Below are positions 28,921-39,571 of a DNA stretch of 64,000 nucleotides, in pieces (the first letter of the stretch is position 1; every line of letters begins with the position of its first letter). The notes beneath the pieces are model-generated. The model was not told the origin of the DNA, did no database searches, and saw nothing but the letters and a program-made list of their open reading frames with translations. A program made the position numbers and the translations under genes. This stretch comes from Candidatus Cloacimonadota bacterium (GTDB lineage Bacteria; Cloacimonadota; Cloacimonadia; G963667145), in the NCBI GenBank assembly GCA_963667145.1, contig OY762943.1, forward strand, positions 337,459 through 401,458, in the 5' to 3' direction.

Positions 28921-30420
28921 CTAATAAGACTTGGCAAAAACGACTCTCATTTTGCTGGATTTGCCACAATAGATACATTTCCCCTCTTCCTCTTGCGATG
29001 AAAATGGGACGCACCTGATAGTAGCTTTCAAATCTTCTTTAATTGCCTTTTCGCACTCAGGACATCCGCACCAATGCGATAAGACAAAGGCTTGCTTGCC
29101 TTTGCTTTTGAAAATATCGTAAAACTTTTCTTTTTCATCAATATTCACAATATTTTCATCAAGAAAAGATTTGGCTTTGCTGTAAATATTTTGATAAATA
29201 TCGTCCAAAGTAGCTACTATCTCGGACACAAAATTATCCCGTGAAATGCTCTCTTTGTCTTTGTGAGGCTTGTCTCTTCTGCCTACGAAGAGCGAATCTT
29301 TCTCCAAATCTCTCATACCAACTTCAACTCTCACTGGGACGCCTTTTTTTATCCAGTCCCAACTTCTGGCGGAAGAAGTCGCCTCGCTATCGTCCAAAAC
29401 TACAACCAAATTTTCTCCATGATACGTAATATTTTCCAACTCGCTCTTCAGATTTTCCAAATAGCTCAGTATTTTTTTTGCATCATCAGGGTTTTTGTAA
29501 ATGGGCAACAAAACTATCTGTGCTGGAGCAACACGCGGTGGCAATATCAACCCATCGTCATCGGAATGTGCCATGATAAGCCCGCCGATAAGCCGAGTGG
29601 AAACTCCCCACGAAGTAGTCCAAGCGTACTCCATTTCGCCTTCTTTATTCTGAAATTTAATCTCGGAGGATTTGGCGAAATTTTGCCCCAAGAAGTGGCT
29701 CGTTCCCGCTTGCAACGCCTTTTTATCTTGCATCATCGCTTCTACGCAGTACGTGTCTACAGCACCCGGGAATTTTTCAGATTCCGTCTTTTTGCCTTTT
29801 AGCACGGGCATCGCCAACAAATCTTTGCAAAAATCGGCGTAAATGTCCAAAATCATCAGTGTCTCATCCACGGCTTCGTCAGCGGTGGAATGAACCGTAT
29901 GTCCCTCTTGCCATAAAAATTCGGCAGTTCGCAAAAACAGCCTCGGTCTCAACTCCCATCTAACAACGTTCGCCCATTGATTGATAAGCAAAGGCAAATC
30001 TTTGTAGGAGTTCACCCATTTGGAAAAAGACTCACCGATTATGGTCTCGGAGGTCGGACGCACAACCAACTCTTGCGTCAGTTTTCCAGCAGGCACCAAG
30101 CCTTCTTGACCTTCTACCTGCTCCAAGCGAGAATGCGTAACCACAGCACATTCTTTGGCAAATCCCTCCACGTGTTCGGCTTCCTTCTCCAAATAGCTTT
30201 TGGGAATAAACAAAGGAAAATACGCATTTTTATGTCCAGTTCTTTTGAACTCCTTGTCCAGAGCCTTGCGAATATTTTCCCAAATGGCATAACCCCAAGG
30301 CTTGATAACCATACATCCCCTAACAGAGCTGCTCTCTGCCATATCAGCAGCCTTTATCACCTCCTGATACCACAGCGGATAATTTTGCTCCCGAGTTGGA
30401 TTTATTGCTGTCTTTGGCAC
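28921..30420 (-). CDS. proS: proline--tRNA ligase (archaeal/eukaryote-like type)
   Basis: N-terminal WYQEVIKAADMAE...VRGCMVIKPWGYAIWE and C-terminal zinc-binding CGCPEC motif, typical of archaeal-type ProRS. Confidence 0.9.
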   Translation of the reverse strand: MPKTAINPTREQNYPLWYQEVIKAADMAESSSVRGCMVIKPWGYAIWENIRKALDKEFKRTGHKNAYFPLFIPKSYLEKEAEHVEGFAKECAVVTHSRLEQVEGQEGLVPAGKLTQELVVRPTSETIIGESFSKWVNSYKDLPLLINQWANVVRWELRPRLFLRTAEFLWQEGHTVHSTADEAVDETLMILDIYADFCKDLLAMPVLKGKKTESEKFPGAVDTYCVEAMMQDKKALQAGTSHFLGQNFAKSSEIKFQNKEGEMEYAWTTSWGVSTRLIGGLIMAHSDDDGLILPPRVAPAQIVLLPIYKNPDDAKKILSYLENLKSELENITYHGENLVVVLDDSEATSSARSWDWIKKGVPVRVEVGMRDLEKDSLFVGRRDKPHKDKESISRDNFVSEIVATLDDIYQNIYSKAKSFLDENIVNIDEKEKFYDIFKSKGKQAFVLSHWCGCPECEKAIKEDLKATIRCVPFSSQEEEGKCIYCGKSSKMRVVFAKSY

Positions 30421-30437
30421 TACATTCTCCTTAAAAT

Positions 30438-31211
30438 TTATCTAATTCTTTTCAAAAATCTTCCGCTCCGAAGACCGTTTTCTCCAGTAGAAAATAAAAT
30501 CATGTACGGTGTCCCGTTTATATCTTCCCTGTCAAGAAATCCCCAAAAGCGACTATCAAAGCTGTTTTGTCGGTTGTCTCCCATTACAAAAAACTTTTCA
30601 TCAGGCACCACAATTGGACCGAAGTTGTCGATTGAACCCATAAAATCATCGCCCCAAAAAATGTCCAGTTGGTCGATTCCCGTGTATCTCGGCAAAATTT
30701 GCGGTAAAATATTGTTTACAAACGGTTCGGAAATCTCTTTTCCATTGATGTAGGTAACTCTGTTCTTTATTTCCAAAGTATCACCTGACATTCCAATTAC
30801 CCGCTTCACCAAATTCGCACGGGCGTAATAACAAATTCTGAAAACCGTTATCTTATTTATCCCAAAGTGAAACCAATCTTTTTTGTCCCAATACAACGGC
30901 GGATAAAGTTTGATGTAATCGTCTCTGGTGTCCTGAAAATTGTTCTGTGCACACGGCAACCCTGGTTCATCGGCTTGTGCAGGATTGCGAAAAGTAACAA
31001 TATCAAATCGCTTTGGCTCATCGAAGTAATATTTCAATTTGTTCGCAATGAGATAGTCGCCAACCAAGAGACTTTTTTCCATAGAGCCAGAGGGAATTTT
31101 GAAGTTCTGAAACGTATAATTTCGGATAATCATAGCGACGACCAAAGCAAACAGAATGGCTTCAACCCACTCTTGTACAAATCCTTTTCTACGTTTTATC
31201 TTTTTTGACAT
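30438..31211 (-). CDS. lepB: signal peptidase I
   Basis: Catalytic Ser (IPSGSME) and Lys boxes plus GDNRQNSFDSRFWG. Confidence 0.85.
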   Translation of the reverse strand: MSKKIKRRKGFVQEWVEAILFALVVAMIIRNYTFQNFKIPSGSMEKSLLVGDYLIANKLKYYFDEPKRFDIVTFRNPAQADEPGLPCAQNNFQDTRDDYIKLYPPLYWDKKDWFHFGINKITVFRICYYARANLVKRVIGMSGDTLEIKNRVTYINGKEISEPFVNNILPQILPRYTGIDQLDIFWGDDFMGSIDNFGPIVVPDEKFFVMGDNRQNSFDSRFWGFLDREDINGTPYMILFSTGENGLRSGRFLKRIR

Positions 31212-31230
31212 TGATACAAATCTTCTCGCA

Positions 31231-32445
31231 TTACAAAGTGATTTTGTCCAAAGATTTCACGCTCGGTGCCACGGCGTTTGGCATCTTCACTATCTCGCGA
31301 ACGGAAGCCAAATCTTTCAGCCCACTTCCCGTGAGAAGCACACAAGCGTTGCTGCCTTCTGGGATGTTGCCCTCTTCGGAATATTTCAACATTCCTGCAA
31401 AAGCACACGCTGCAGCTGGCTCAGAAAAAATTCCTGTATTTTGGCTTAGTGTAACACTCGCTTCCAAAATTTTCTCATCGCTCACGGTAATGCAATCGCT
31501 GTCGTATTCGCTCAAAAATTGCTTCATCATGTAATAGTTGGCAGGAACATCCACAGAAATGGAATCCGCCAAAGTCGTTGCATTGGTGCAAGTAAACTCC
31601 TCAGTTTTGTAGTTATTATGAATATTGGCACTTTTTTCTGATTGCACAACCACAACCTTGGGCATTTTTTCGATAATTCCCACTTTCAGCAAATCCTCAA
31701 ATCCCTTGAAAACTCCACCTGCAATACAACCGTCTCCAGCAGAAACGAAAACCATGTCCACATCTCTGATTTGGTCATAAATTTCAAACGAAACCGTCTT
31801 CTTCCCCTCAACCGTGTGCGGATTGTAAGCAGTGTTGCGATTGTACCAACCGAACTTCTTGCTGGCAGCGATGGACAAAGCGAAAGCGTCGTCGTAAATT
31901 CCGTCAACAGGCACGAGCTTAGCCCCATACATCATCACCTGTGTGAGCTTGGCGATAGGTGCAGCAGCAGGCACCATAATCACGGCTTTCTGCCCCTGAC
32001 TGGCACAAATCCCCGCCAATGAAGAGCCTGCATTTCCCGTGGAAGCAGCAACAATCACATCCTTTCCATTCTCTTTGGCGTAAGCACTAACGACATACGA
32101 CGCCCTGTCCTTGAACGAAAAAGTCGGATTTACACCCTCGTCCTTGATAAACAGATTGAATTTCAGCTTCCCATATTTAGGCAATTTATTGTATTTGTAC
32201 ATCGGCGTCTTGCCCACTCGCAAGTTGGGGAAGCTATCGGAAGACTCAATCGGCAACAAATCAAGAAAATCTTTGTTCTTCAACTTCTCGAAATCTTTGT
32301 CTATCTTGTCATAATTGTAAACAACCTTTAGCACGCCTTTCGTCGGCTGTCCCTCTACATTAGTAGCCTCACAAAGCGGACAAAGATACTCAACTTCGCC
32401 TTTTGAGTACTCCTTTCCGCAGTTGACACACTTCAACTTGAACAT
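31231..32445 (-). CDS. thrC: threonine synthase-like PLP enzyme with N-terminal zinc ribbon
   Basis: N-terminal CxxC...CPLC ribbon and PLP-lysine motif NPTFSFKDRA (fold-type II, threonine-synthase-like). Confidence 0.65.
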   Translation of the reverse strand: MFKLKCVNCGKEYSKGEVEYLCPLCEATNVEGQPTKGVLKVVYNYDKIDKDFEKLKNKDFLDLLPIESSDSFPNLRVGKTPMYKYNKLPKYGKLKFNLFIKDEGVNPTFSFKDRASYVVSAYAKENGKDVIVAASTGNAGSSLAGICASQGQKAVIMVPAAAPIAKLTQVMMYGAKLVPVDGIYDDAFALSIAASKKFGWYNRNTAYNPHTVEGKKTVSFEIYDQIRDVDMVFVSAGDGCIAGGVFKGFEDLLKVGIIEKMPKVVVVQSEKSANIHNNYKTEEFTCTNATTLADSISVDVPANYYMMKQFLSEYDSDCITVSDEKILEASVTLSQNTGIFSEPAAACAFAGMLKYSEEGNIPEGSNACVLLTGSGLKDLASVREIVKMPNAVAPSVKSLDKITL

Positions 32446-32457
32446 AAAAAAAATCTC

Positions 32458-32730
32458 CTATTTGGTTAAAATAGCACTTAAGCCTACAACGTAAGCTATT
32501 GAAAAAAATATATTTAGGTAAAAAGTCACTTCCAACTTCAATTTGTTTTTAATCTTCTTTATTTTAGAAACGTCTTCTTTCGACCACGATTTGCGGTTCT
32601 TATTGATGTAATATAGCACAAAGACAAACAAAACAGAGAGAACGGAAATTTTGATTTTGTCATCCAAAATAGCAAAAACGACAAGTACTCCGATGAGTAA
32701 AACTCCCAATAAAATAAGTTTCTTTTTCAT
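32458..32730 (-). CDS. small hypothetical membrane protein
   Basis: 90 aa with two or three hydrophobic helices. No family recognised. Confidence 0.35.
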   Translation of the reverse strand: MKKKLILLGVLLIGVLVVFAILDDKIKISVLSVLFVFVLYYINKNRKSWSKEDVSKIKKIKNKLKLEVTFYLNIFFSIAYVVGLSAILTK

Positions 32731-32844
32731 ATTTCATCCACCTCTTTCGTAGTAGACTTTTTCCGCCATACAACTTGTCAAATGAAAATGAAAACTATTT
32801 GACAACATTGTTAGTCACAATTCTTTGCACGTAATTTGTGAGGA

Positions 32845-33663
32845 ATGGAAGTGATAAATTTTACCAAAATGGTTGGGCTTGGTAACGATTTCGTTGTCAT
32901 CTCGGATTTGGAAAACAAGATTGCAAATCCCAGCCAATTAGCCAAAAAAATATGCGACCGTCGTTTCGGAATAGGAGGCGACGGACTTATTCTATTACGC
33001 AAAACCGACCAAAACGAACTCAAGATGGACTACCTGAATATCGACGGTTCGTACGCCGCTATGTGTGGCAACGGGCTAAGATGCTTTGGCAAATTCGCCT
33101 ATGACCAAAACTTGGTAACTGGGAACAAGTTTACTGCTCTAACTGACGACGGACGCAAGGAAGTTGAAATCTTTGGCAATAGGAACGAAATCTCCTCTCA
33201 GGTGAAAATAGAAATGGGGACAACCCTATTTAGAGACACCTATTCTCCGTGGGAAAATATTTGGGATTATCCGGTTCTTGATAATGAATTTCGTCTCTAC
33301 CTCGCTCAAGTTGGCGTCCCGCACGGTGTTATCTTTGCTCCAAATGGAGAAAATTTGGTAGAGACTTACGGTAGCACAATCGAAAAACTGAATTTATTCC
33401 CCAAGGGAATCAATGTGAATTTTGTGGAAATTGTGAACGATAAGAACATCAAGGTGTTCACTTGGGAACGCGGTGCTGGGCACACTCTAGCCTGTGGAAC
33501 TGGGTGCTGTGCCAGTGCGTTTGTTGCCAATCAACTCAATCTTGCCGACTCCGAAATGACCGTTCACGCGGAAGGTGGCGACTTGAAAATTTCCATTATT
33601 GACAACGCTATTTCCATGAAAGCCGAAGCAAAAACTGTGGGTACAGGTGTTTTCTATGATTAA
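32845..33663 (+). CDS. dapF: diaminopimelate epimerase
   Basis: GLGNDFVV and the catalytic-Cys region MCGNGLRCF plus a second Cys (ACGTGC). Confidence 0.9.
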   Translation: MEVINFTKMVGLGNDFVVISDLENKIANPSQLAKKICDRRFGIGGDGLILLRKTDQNELKMDYLNIDGSYAAMCGNGLRCFGKFAYDQNLVTGNKFTALTDDGRKEVEIFGNRNEISSQVKIEMGTTLFRDTYSPWENIWDYPVLDNEFRLYLAQVGVPHGVIFAPNGENLVETYGSTIEKLNLFPKGINVNFVEIVNDKNIKVFTWERGAGHTLACGTGCCASAFVANQLNLADSEMTVHAEGGDLKISIIDNAISMKAEAKTVGTGVFYD

Positions 33664-34567
33664 AAAACCTCTCGAAGTCAGCATCGGCATTATCGCCTAT
33701 AACGAAGAAGCAAATATTGAAAATCTCATTTCCGCTTTCCTAAAGCAAGATTTAGATAAGGTAGCAATCAAAGAAATTATCGTTGTTTCTTCTGCGTGCC
33801 ACGACAATACGGACAAAATTGTGGAAAAACTCATCAAGCAATTCCCTATTCTTACTCTCATCAAGCAAAAGGAACGAGAAGGTAAATCTTCCGCAATAAA
33901 CCTCTTTTTGCAAAAAGCCTCTGCCGACAATTGTCTGATTAGCTCCGCAGATGTCATTCCCGAGAATAACGTTGTCGAACAGCTAATCTCCGCATTTGAG
34001 AACGAAAAAATCGGTGCCAGCGGAGGCAGACCTATGCCCGTCAACAGTCGCAAAACTTTGATAGGCTTCTGTGTCCATACCCTGTGGGAGATGCATCATG
34101 AAATGGCTCTTGTCACGCCAAAGTTGGGAGAGATGATAGCTTTCAGACGCATTTTCGATTCCATCCCCACGGAAAGTGCCGTTGACGAAGCGTCCATCGA
34201 ACAAAAAATCAAAGAGAAAAACTTGGATAAAATCTACATCCCAAACGCTGTCATTCACAACAAAGGTCCAGAAAATTTTCACGATTACAAAATCCAACGA
34301 ATCAGAATTGCCATCGGTCACCTTTGGCTCGCTAAATATTGGAAATATCACGTTGCGTCGGGGAATAGCCTGCTTCTTCTCAAACTTTTTCTCAAGCAAT
34401 TGGCTAAGCACCCACTGTCGCTTCATAAGATTTGCTTAACCATATTTTTGGAAATCTATTGCCGACTTATCGCAAAAATCAAATTCACACTTACCAAGCA
34501 AAACCCAACTATTTGGGAAATTGCCAAATCAACAAAAAATCTACAAACAAACTACGAGGATAATTAA
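33647..34567 (+). CDS. family 2 glycosyltransferase
   Basis: GT-A N-terminus (VSIGIIAYNEEANIENLISAFLKQ) and DxD-type region (SSADVIPE). Overlaps dapF by 17 nt. Confidence 0.75.
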   Translation: MFSMIKKPLEVSIGIIAYNEEANIENLISAFLKQDLDKVAIKEIIVVSSACHDNTDKIVEKLIKQFPILTLIKQKEREGKSSAINLFLQKASADNCLISSADVIPENNVVEQLISAFENEKIGASGGRPMPVNSRKTLIGFCVHTLWEMHHEMALVTPKLGEMIAFRRIFDSIPTESAVDEASIEQKIKEKNLDKIYIPNAVIHNKGPENFHDYKIQRIRIAIGHLWLAKYWKYHVASGNSLLLLKLFLKQLAKHPLSLHKICLTIFLEIYCRLIAKIKFTLTKQNPTIWEIAKSTKNLQTNYEDN

Positions 34568-35649
34568 TGTTAATCGTTTTGCTCAAAACTTTTTTTTATA
34601 AGCTACAACGAAAATACGGCTTTCCAAAACTCTTGCCCATAAATTACACCATCAGCCTAAGTTATAAATGCAACTCACGATGCAAAACCTGCGGAATCTA
34701 TTACAAAAAATCTAACGAATTAAGTTTGGACGAGTACAAAAGTTTTTTCAAACAAGTAGGAAAAGCCCCCTATTGGGTAACTTTATCAGGCGGAGAGCCT
34801 TTTTTACGCAAAGAGTTGTTCGAGATAGTCAAAGTAATCTACGATACATCCAAACCCGCAATCATCAACATCCCTACAAACGGGTTGCTTCATGAAAGAA
34901 TTGTAAAACTCACCGAGCAAATCTGTCAATATTGCAAGAAATCTCAAATCAACATAAATTTGTCGATAGACGACATCGGCAAGCACGACGACTTCATCAG
35001 AGGCGTGGACGGTGCTTACGAAAAGGCTTTGCTGACTTTCCAAGGGCTAAAAAAGATTAAAAGCAACTGCAAAAATTTAAATGTGGGAATTCACACGGTT
35101 ATTTCCGTGTTCAATTCGCAAGATTTTGCCTATATCAGCCAAACTCTGATGGATATGAAGCCAGACGCATATCTGACAGAAATTGCCGAGAACAGAGTTG
35201 AGTTGGACACGCTAACCAGCCAAATCTCTCCTGCTCCATGGAACTATGCATCGGCTGTAGATTTGCTCATTCACAAAATCAAAACCGACACTTATCACGG
35301 ATTTAACAAAATCACCCAAAGTTTCAGACTCCTCTACTACGAAATGGTGAAAAAAATATTGTCCGACGAGAAAAAGGTGTACGATTGCTATGCTGGTGTA
35401 GCCTCCATGCAACTGGCTCCCAACGGCGATGTTTGGTTTTGCTGTATGAAAGCTCAAAACATCGGCAACGTGACCAAAGAAAAATTTTCGGACATTTGGT
35501 TTTCGAAAGAAGCTGCCAAAGTCAGAAAAGAGATTAAAGATAGCGAATGCTTTTGCCCATTGGCAAACGTGGCCTACACTAACATGCTGATGAACCATAA
35601 GTTACTAATTAGAATATTTTTAAACCTTTTGAAATCAAAAATAAATTAA
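34567..35649 (+). CDS. radical SAM protein with C-terminal SPASM/twitch-like Cys cluster
   Basis: CNSRCKTC (CxxxCxxC) and GGEPFL, with C-terminal cysteines (CYAGV...FCC...C.C). Its start overlaps the GT2 stop. Confidence 0.75.
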   Translation: MLIVLLKTFFYKLQRKYGFPKLLPINYTISLSYKCNSRCKTCGIYYKKSNELSLDEYKSFFKQVGKAPYWVTLSGGEPFLRKELFEIVKVIYDTSKPAIINIPTNGLLHERIVKLTEQICQYCKKSQININLSIDDIGKHDDFIRGVDGAYEKALLTFQGLKKIKSNCKNLNVGIHTVISVFNSQDFAYISQTLMDMKPDAYLTEIAENRVELDTLTSQISPAPWNYASAVDLLIHKIKTDTYHGFNKITQSFRLLYYEMVKKILSDEKKVYDCYAGVASMQLAPNGDVWFCCMKAQNIGNVTKEKFSDIWFSKEAAKVRKEIKDSECFCPLANVAYTNMLMNHKLLIRIFLNLLKSKIN

Positions 35650-37860
35650 ATGAAATATATTGAAATTACACCCGAAAATTTTTGGGAATATCTAGAAAAA
35701 CTGTCGGTAAAATTAGATTTAGATTTAATAAAAAAAGCTATAGATTTCGGCACAAAAGCTCACGAAGGTCAAAAGAGAAGCTCGGGCGAGGAGTACATCA
35801 TTCATCCCCTGAACACAGCCTACGTCCTTGCTGAACTCAATATGGACACCTCTGTGATTATCGCCGGCATCTTGCACGACGTCATCGAAGACACCAAATA
35901 CGATTTTGCGGACATAAAAGATATTTTCGGAGAAAGAGTTGCTACTTTGGTGGAAGGGGTTACCAAAATTTCCGATCTCCACTTCAAAGATTTTTCTCAG
36001 ATGGAAAAGCAAGCGGAAAACTTCCGTAAGTTACTGATTTCCATCACAAAAGACATCAGAGTTATTTTGATAAAATTAGCCGATCGTCTGCACAATATTC
36101 GCACCATCAAATATTTGCCCGAAGCCAAACAGAAAAAAATAGCTCGCTCTACCCTATCCATCTACGCTCCTTTGGCAAATAGATTTGGCTTGTCCTCCAT
36201 AAAAAACGAATTGGAAGACCGTTGCCTAAAGATTTTGCATCCCAAAGCCTACAAAAGAATCGCAAACTTGGTGCAACTGAAAAAAGAGCAAAGAGACAAA
36301 TTTTTGAACGACGTCGTTTGCACCCAAATAAAAGACCAATTGACCAAATACAAAATAGAAGCTAAGGTGCTTGCTCGGAGCAAACATTTTTACAGCATTT
36401 TTCGGAAACACAACGTCAGAGGTGTTCCCTACGAAGAAATTTTGGATTTGAATGCGATAAGAATTTTGGTGAATAGTTACGAAGATTGCTACTACGCTTT
36501 CGGTGCTTTGCATGCGGTTTACAAGCCTCTTAACAAAGTCAAAGACTATATTGCAAATCCCAAGCCGAATGGTTATCAGTCGTTACACACTGTGGTGATT
36601 GGTCCTCAAAATAAAAAATTGGAAGTCCAAATCCGCACTCACAAAATGGACAAATATGCAGAGGAAGGCGTTGCAGCCCACTGGCGATATAAGGAAACTA
36701 CCGATTATTCCAGCAAGAACTTGGGAAAAGTGGCTTCTCACGGCGTTAAGCAAGACTTCGAGTCACAACTGGGATTCGTCCGAGACTTTTTGATGAACAA
36801 TGTCGAGTTGGAAAGCGAAGATTTTTTGGACAATCTGCAAATGGATTTGTATCCAGAGATCATCATCGTGATGACTCCGCAAGGGGATTTAATCGAGCTT
36901 CCGCAAGGCTCATCAATCTTGGATTTCGCCTTTTCCATTCACTCTCAAGTCGGCTCGTGCTGTGTCAGTGGAAAAATCAACGGCGTCATCAAGCCACTGA
37001 AAACAAAATTGGAAACTGGCGACAAAATTGAGGTGGAAACATCTAACAAAATCAACATAAGCGAGAACTGGTTGAAGTTTGTTAAATCGTCCAAGGCTCG
37101 CTCCAAAATTCGCTCCTACCTGAAGAAAAGACGCTTGGAAGACGCTATTGAGCTCGGAAAAGAGATTTTCACCAAAAAAGCTCGTAAATACCATTTGAAA
37201 TTTAACACAGAGCAAGAGATTGTCGATTTAGCTAAAAAATTCCACATCTCCAATGCTCAAGATTTTTACGCCAGCTTGGGGCAAGGAAACATCATCTTCC
37301 CCCAAATCATCGAGAAATTGACCACTGATAATCCCGAGCAAACCAAAAAGATAGTAGATAAGAAAAAAGAAGTCAAAGTGGAATCCGTGAGTGGTGTGAT
37401 GGTGGACGGACAAAAAAACTTGATGATAAAATACGCTGGATGCTGTTCGCCTGTGCCAGATGAAGAGATTATCGGCTTTGTTACCAAAGGCAGAGGGATT
37501 ATCATCCATCGCAAAGATTGTAAAGAACCAAATTTTCTCTTGATGCAAGAGAAGTCACCCGAAAGATTTATCTCTGTGGAATGGGATTACTCTGGAGGAC
37601 AAAAGAACAAAAAAGGGCAAAAAAGTCGCCTGAAAATAATTTGTAAGAATAAAAATAATATTTTAATCGACATCCTTTCCGTTATGGCTAAATTTGATTT
37701 AATCGTGGAGAAAACCAGTAGCAAACTGAGGAAAGACCATGACTTGGAAATTTCTCTATTCGTCTCCAGTGATGCACCTCAAGCTCTGAATAACGCTACT
37801 CACGAATTGGAAAAAATGGGTGCGATAAGGCATATTGAAAAGCGAATCAAAAGATTCTAA
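35650..37860 (+). CDS. relA: bifunctional (p)ppGpp synthetase/hydrolase
   Basis: HD hydrolase domain (HPLNTAYVLAE..., GILHDVIEDT), synthetase domain, then TGS and ACT domains. 736 aa. Confidence 0.9.
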   Translation: MKYIEITPENFWEYLEKLSVKLDLDLIKKAIDFGTKAHEGQKRSSGEEYIIHPLNTAYVLAELNMDTSVIIAGILHDVIEDTKYDFADIKDIFGERVATLVEGVTKISDLHFKDFSQMEKQAENFRKLLISITKDIRVILIKLADRLHNIRTIKYLPEAKQKKIARSTLSIYAPLANRFGLSSIKNELEDRCLKILHPKAYKRIANLVQLKKEQRDKFLNDVVCTQIKDQLTKYKIEAKVLARSKHFYSIFRKHNVRGVPYEEILDLNAIRILVNSYEDCYYAFGALHAVYKPLNKVKDYIANPKPNGYQSLHTVVIGPQNKKLEVQIRTHKMDKYAEEGVAAHWRYKETTDYSSKNLGKVASHGVKQDFESQLGFVRDFLMNNVELESEDFLDNLQMDLYPEIIIVMTPQGDLIELPQGSSILDFAFSIHSQVGSCCVSGKINGVIKPLKTKLETGDKIEVETSNKINISENWLKFVKSSKARSKIRSYLKKRRLEDAIELGKEIFTKKARKYHLKFNTEQEIVDLAKKFHISNAQDFYASLGQGNIIFPQIIEKLTTDNPEQTKKIVDKKKEVKVESVSGVMVDGQKNLMIKYAGCCSPVPDEEIIGFVTKGRGIIIHRKDCKEPNFLLMQEKSPERFISVEWDYSGGQKNKKGQKSRLKIICKNKNNILIDILSVMAKFDLIVEKTSSKLRKDHDLEISLFVSSDAPQALNNATHELEKMGAIRHIEKRIKRF

Positions 37861-37881
37861 AAATATAGGAAACTTTAAGCT

Positions 37882-38505
37882 ATGGAAAACAAAAAAACTA
37901 ACAAAAAAAAGCTGATTAAAAAAATTGTGGCTGGCATTCTTGTGATAGGAATTGTCATCGTCCTCTTCTTTTTGGGATTATTCACAACGAATATAGTTAT
38001 GAAATTGGTGGTTGACCACGGAAAAGAGGTCAGAGTTCCCCAACTAATTGGTCTCACCTATTCGCGAGCCACGGACATCTGCAAAGACAACAAACTCTAT
38101 ATACAAGACGTACGACGAGAATACAGTAGCACTTATCCAGATGGATATATCATCGAACAAAACCCGAAAGACAGTTCATTGGTGAAAAGATTCCGCACGA
38201 TTGATGTTGTTATCAGCAAAGGAGCCAAGCTCATCAAAGTGCCACTGCTTGTGGGTACAGATTTGGAGTTAGTAAAAGAACAGCTGAATACACTGGGGCT
38301 AAAAGTAGGCAAAATCTCCAAATATTACAATCAAGAAATCGATAAAGACATCGTTATTTCCTCCGTGCCAGCAGCTGGCGGGGATGTGGAAATTGGTGGG
38401 ACGATAGATTTGGACGTCAGCTTGGGAAGTATGCGTAGCAATAACTCTGGCTCTTCTTCCGCTCCCAGCGAAGACAAAATCGACTATGAAGACCTCTTCG
38501 AATAA
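37882..38505 (+). CDS. membrane-anchored PASTA-domain protein (two PASTA repeats, no kinase or PBP domain)
   Basis: N-terminal TM, then two repeats of about 65 aa (VPQLIGLTYSRA..., VPLLVGTDLELV...) matching the PASTA pattern. Confidence 0.7.
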   Translation: MENKKTNKKKLIKKIVAGILVIGIVIVLFFLGLFTTNIVMKLVVDHGKEVRVPQLIGLTYSRATDICKDNKLYIQDVRREYSSTYPDGYIIEQNPKDSSLVKRFRTIDVVISKGAKLIKVPLLVGTDLELVKEQLNTLGLKVGKISKYYNQEIDKDIVISSVPAAGGDVEIGGTIDLDVSLGSMRSNNSGSSSAPSEDKIDYEDLFE

Positions 38506-39571
38506 TCTCGGGAGAGTCTATCGTCTTCAAACCGAATTATCTGAAAATGAAGTTGCTTTAGTCAGCAATAGAGCCAATCTGCTCTATTTGGACTTTCCCG
38601 AAGCAGACTTTTTGCTCGTCTCCAAATCTGATGCCGTTTATTTTGTCACTCCCAAGACACGCTTGGAAGAAATTTGGACAGGGAAAACAACCACAACCTA
38701 CGAAAACGGCAAAGCAAAAGTCAGCAAGAATATCCTCAACACACTGAAAAAGCTAAGCATAAAAAATCTCTACACAGATTTCGATAGTTCCTTTCAATCT
38801 CCTAAAGTTGAACATCTTGTCCAAACAAAAAGCCTTTTACAACAAGAATTGCCAAAAGCAAATATCCGCAACTTAGCACAAAAATTGGCACCATTGCGAA
38901 TGGTTAAAAAGCGTTCCGAACTGGAGAACATAACAACAGCGAACATCTATACCAAAGAAGCTCTTGAACATTTGAAAAGAATGCTGAAGCCGAACGTTAG
39001 CGAGTTGGACTTGAAAAGCGAATTTGATTATTTCCTTTCCCAAAAAGGCGTTTCCGAGCTTGCTTTTCCGTCCATAATTGCTTGTGATGAAAGCTCTTGC
39101 GTGCTACACAAAGAAAACTATACTGGCACACTCCGTAACAGCGTCCTCTTTGATGTGGGAGCAAAATACAACAACTATTGTGCGGACGTTTCTCGAACCT
39201 TTTTTCTCAAACCAACAAAGCTCCAAGAAGAAGCCTTGAGTTTGGTGATGAAAGCTCAAAAAGAGGTCATCAAAAGCATAAAGTCGGGAACAACTCTAAA
39301 AGAGCTGAACGAAGTCTGCAAAGAAACACTTTTTGAGGGTCTGACTAAGCTAAATATCATCTCCAAAAAGGAGCAACTAACCGACTACTATATGCACGGA
39401 GTTTCTCATCATTTGGGATTGGAGGCTCATGACTACAGTCTCCCAGAGTTGCCACTTGAAGAAAATATGGTCATTACCGTCGAACCAGGACTCTACTTTT
39501 GGAATAAAAAATTTGGCATTAGAATAGAAGACGATGTGATTGTAAGAAACGATGGTTGCCAGCTAATTTGA
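38486..39571 (+). CDS. M24 family Xaa-Pro aminopeptidase
   Basis: Pita-bread metal ligands (D..D...HGVSHHLGLE..H...E...E). 361 aa. Confidence 0.8.
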   Translation: MKTSSNNLGRVYRLQTELSENEVALVSNRANLLYLDFPEADFLLVSKSDAVYFVTPKTRLEEIWTGKTTTTYENGKAKVSKNILNTLKKLSIKNLYTDFDSSFQSPKVEHLVQTKSLLQQELPKANIRNLAQKLAPLRMVKKRSELENITTANIYTKEALEHLKRMLKPNVSELDLKSEFDYFLSQKGVSELAFPSIIACDESSCVLHKENYTGTLRNSVLFDVGAKYNNYCADVSRTFFLKPTKLQEEALSLVMKAQKEVIKSIKSGTTLKELNEVCKETLFEGLTKLNIISKKEQLTDYYMHGVSHHLGLEAHDYSLPELPLEENMVITVEPGLYFWNKKFGIRIEDDVIVRNDGCQLI

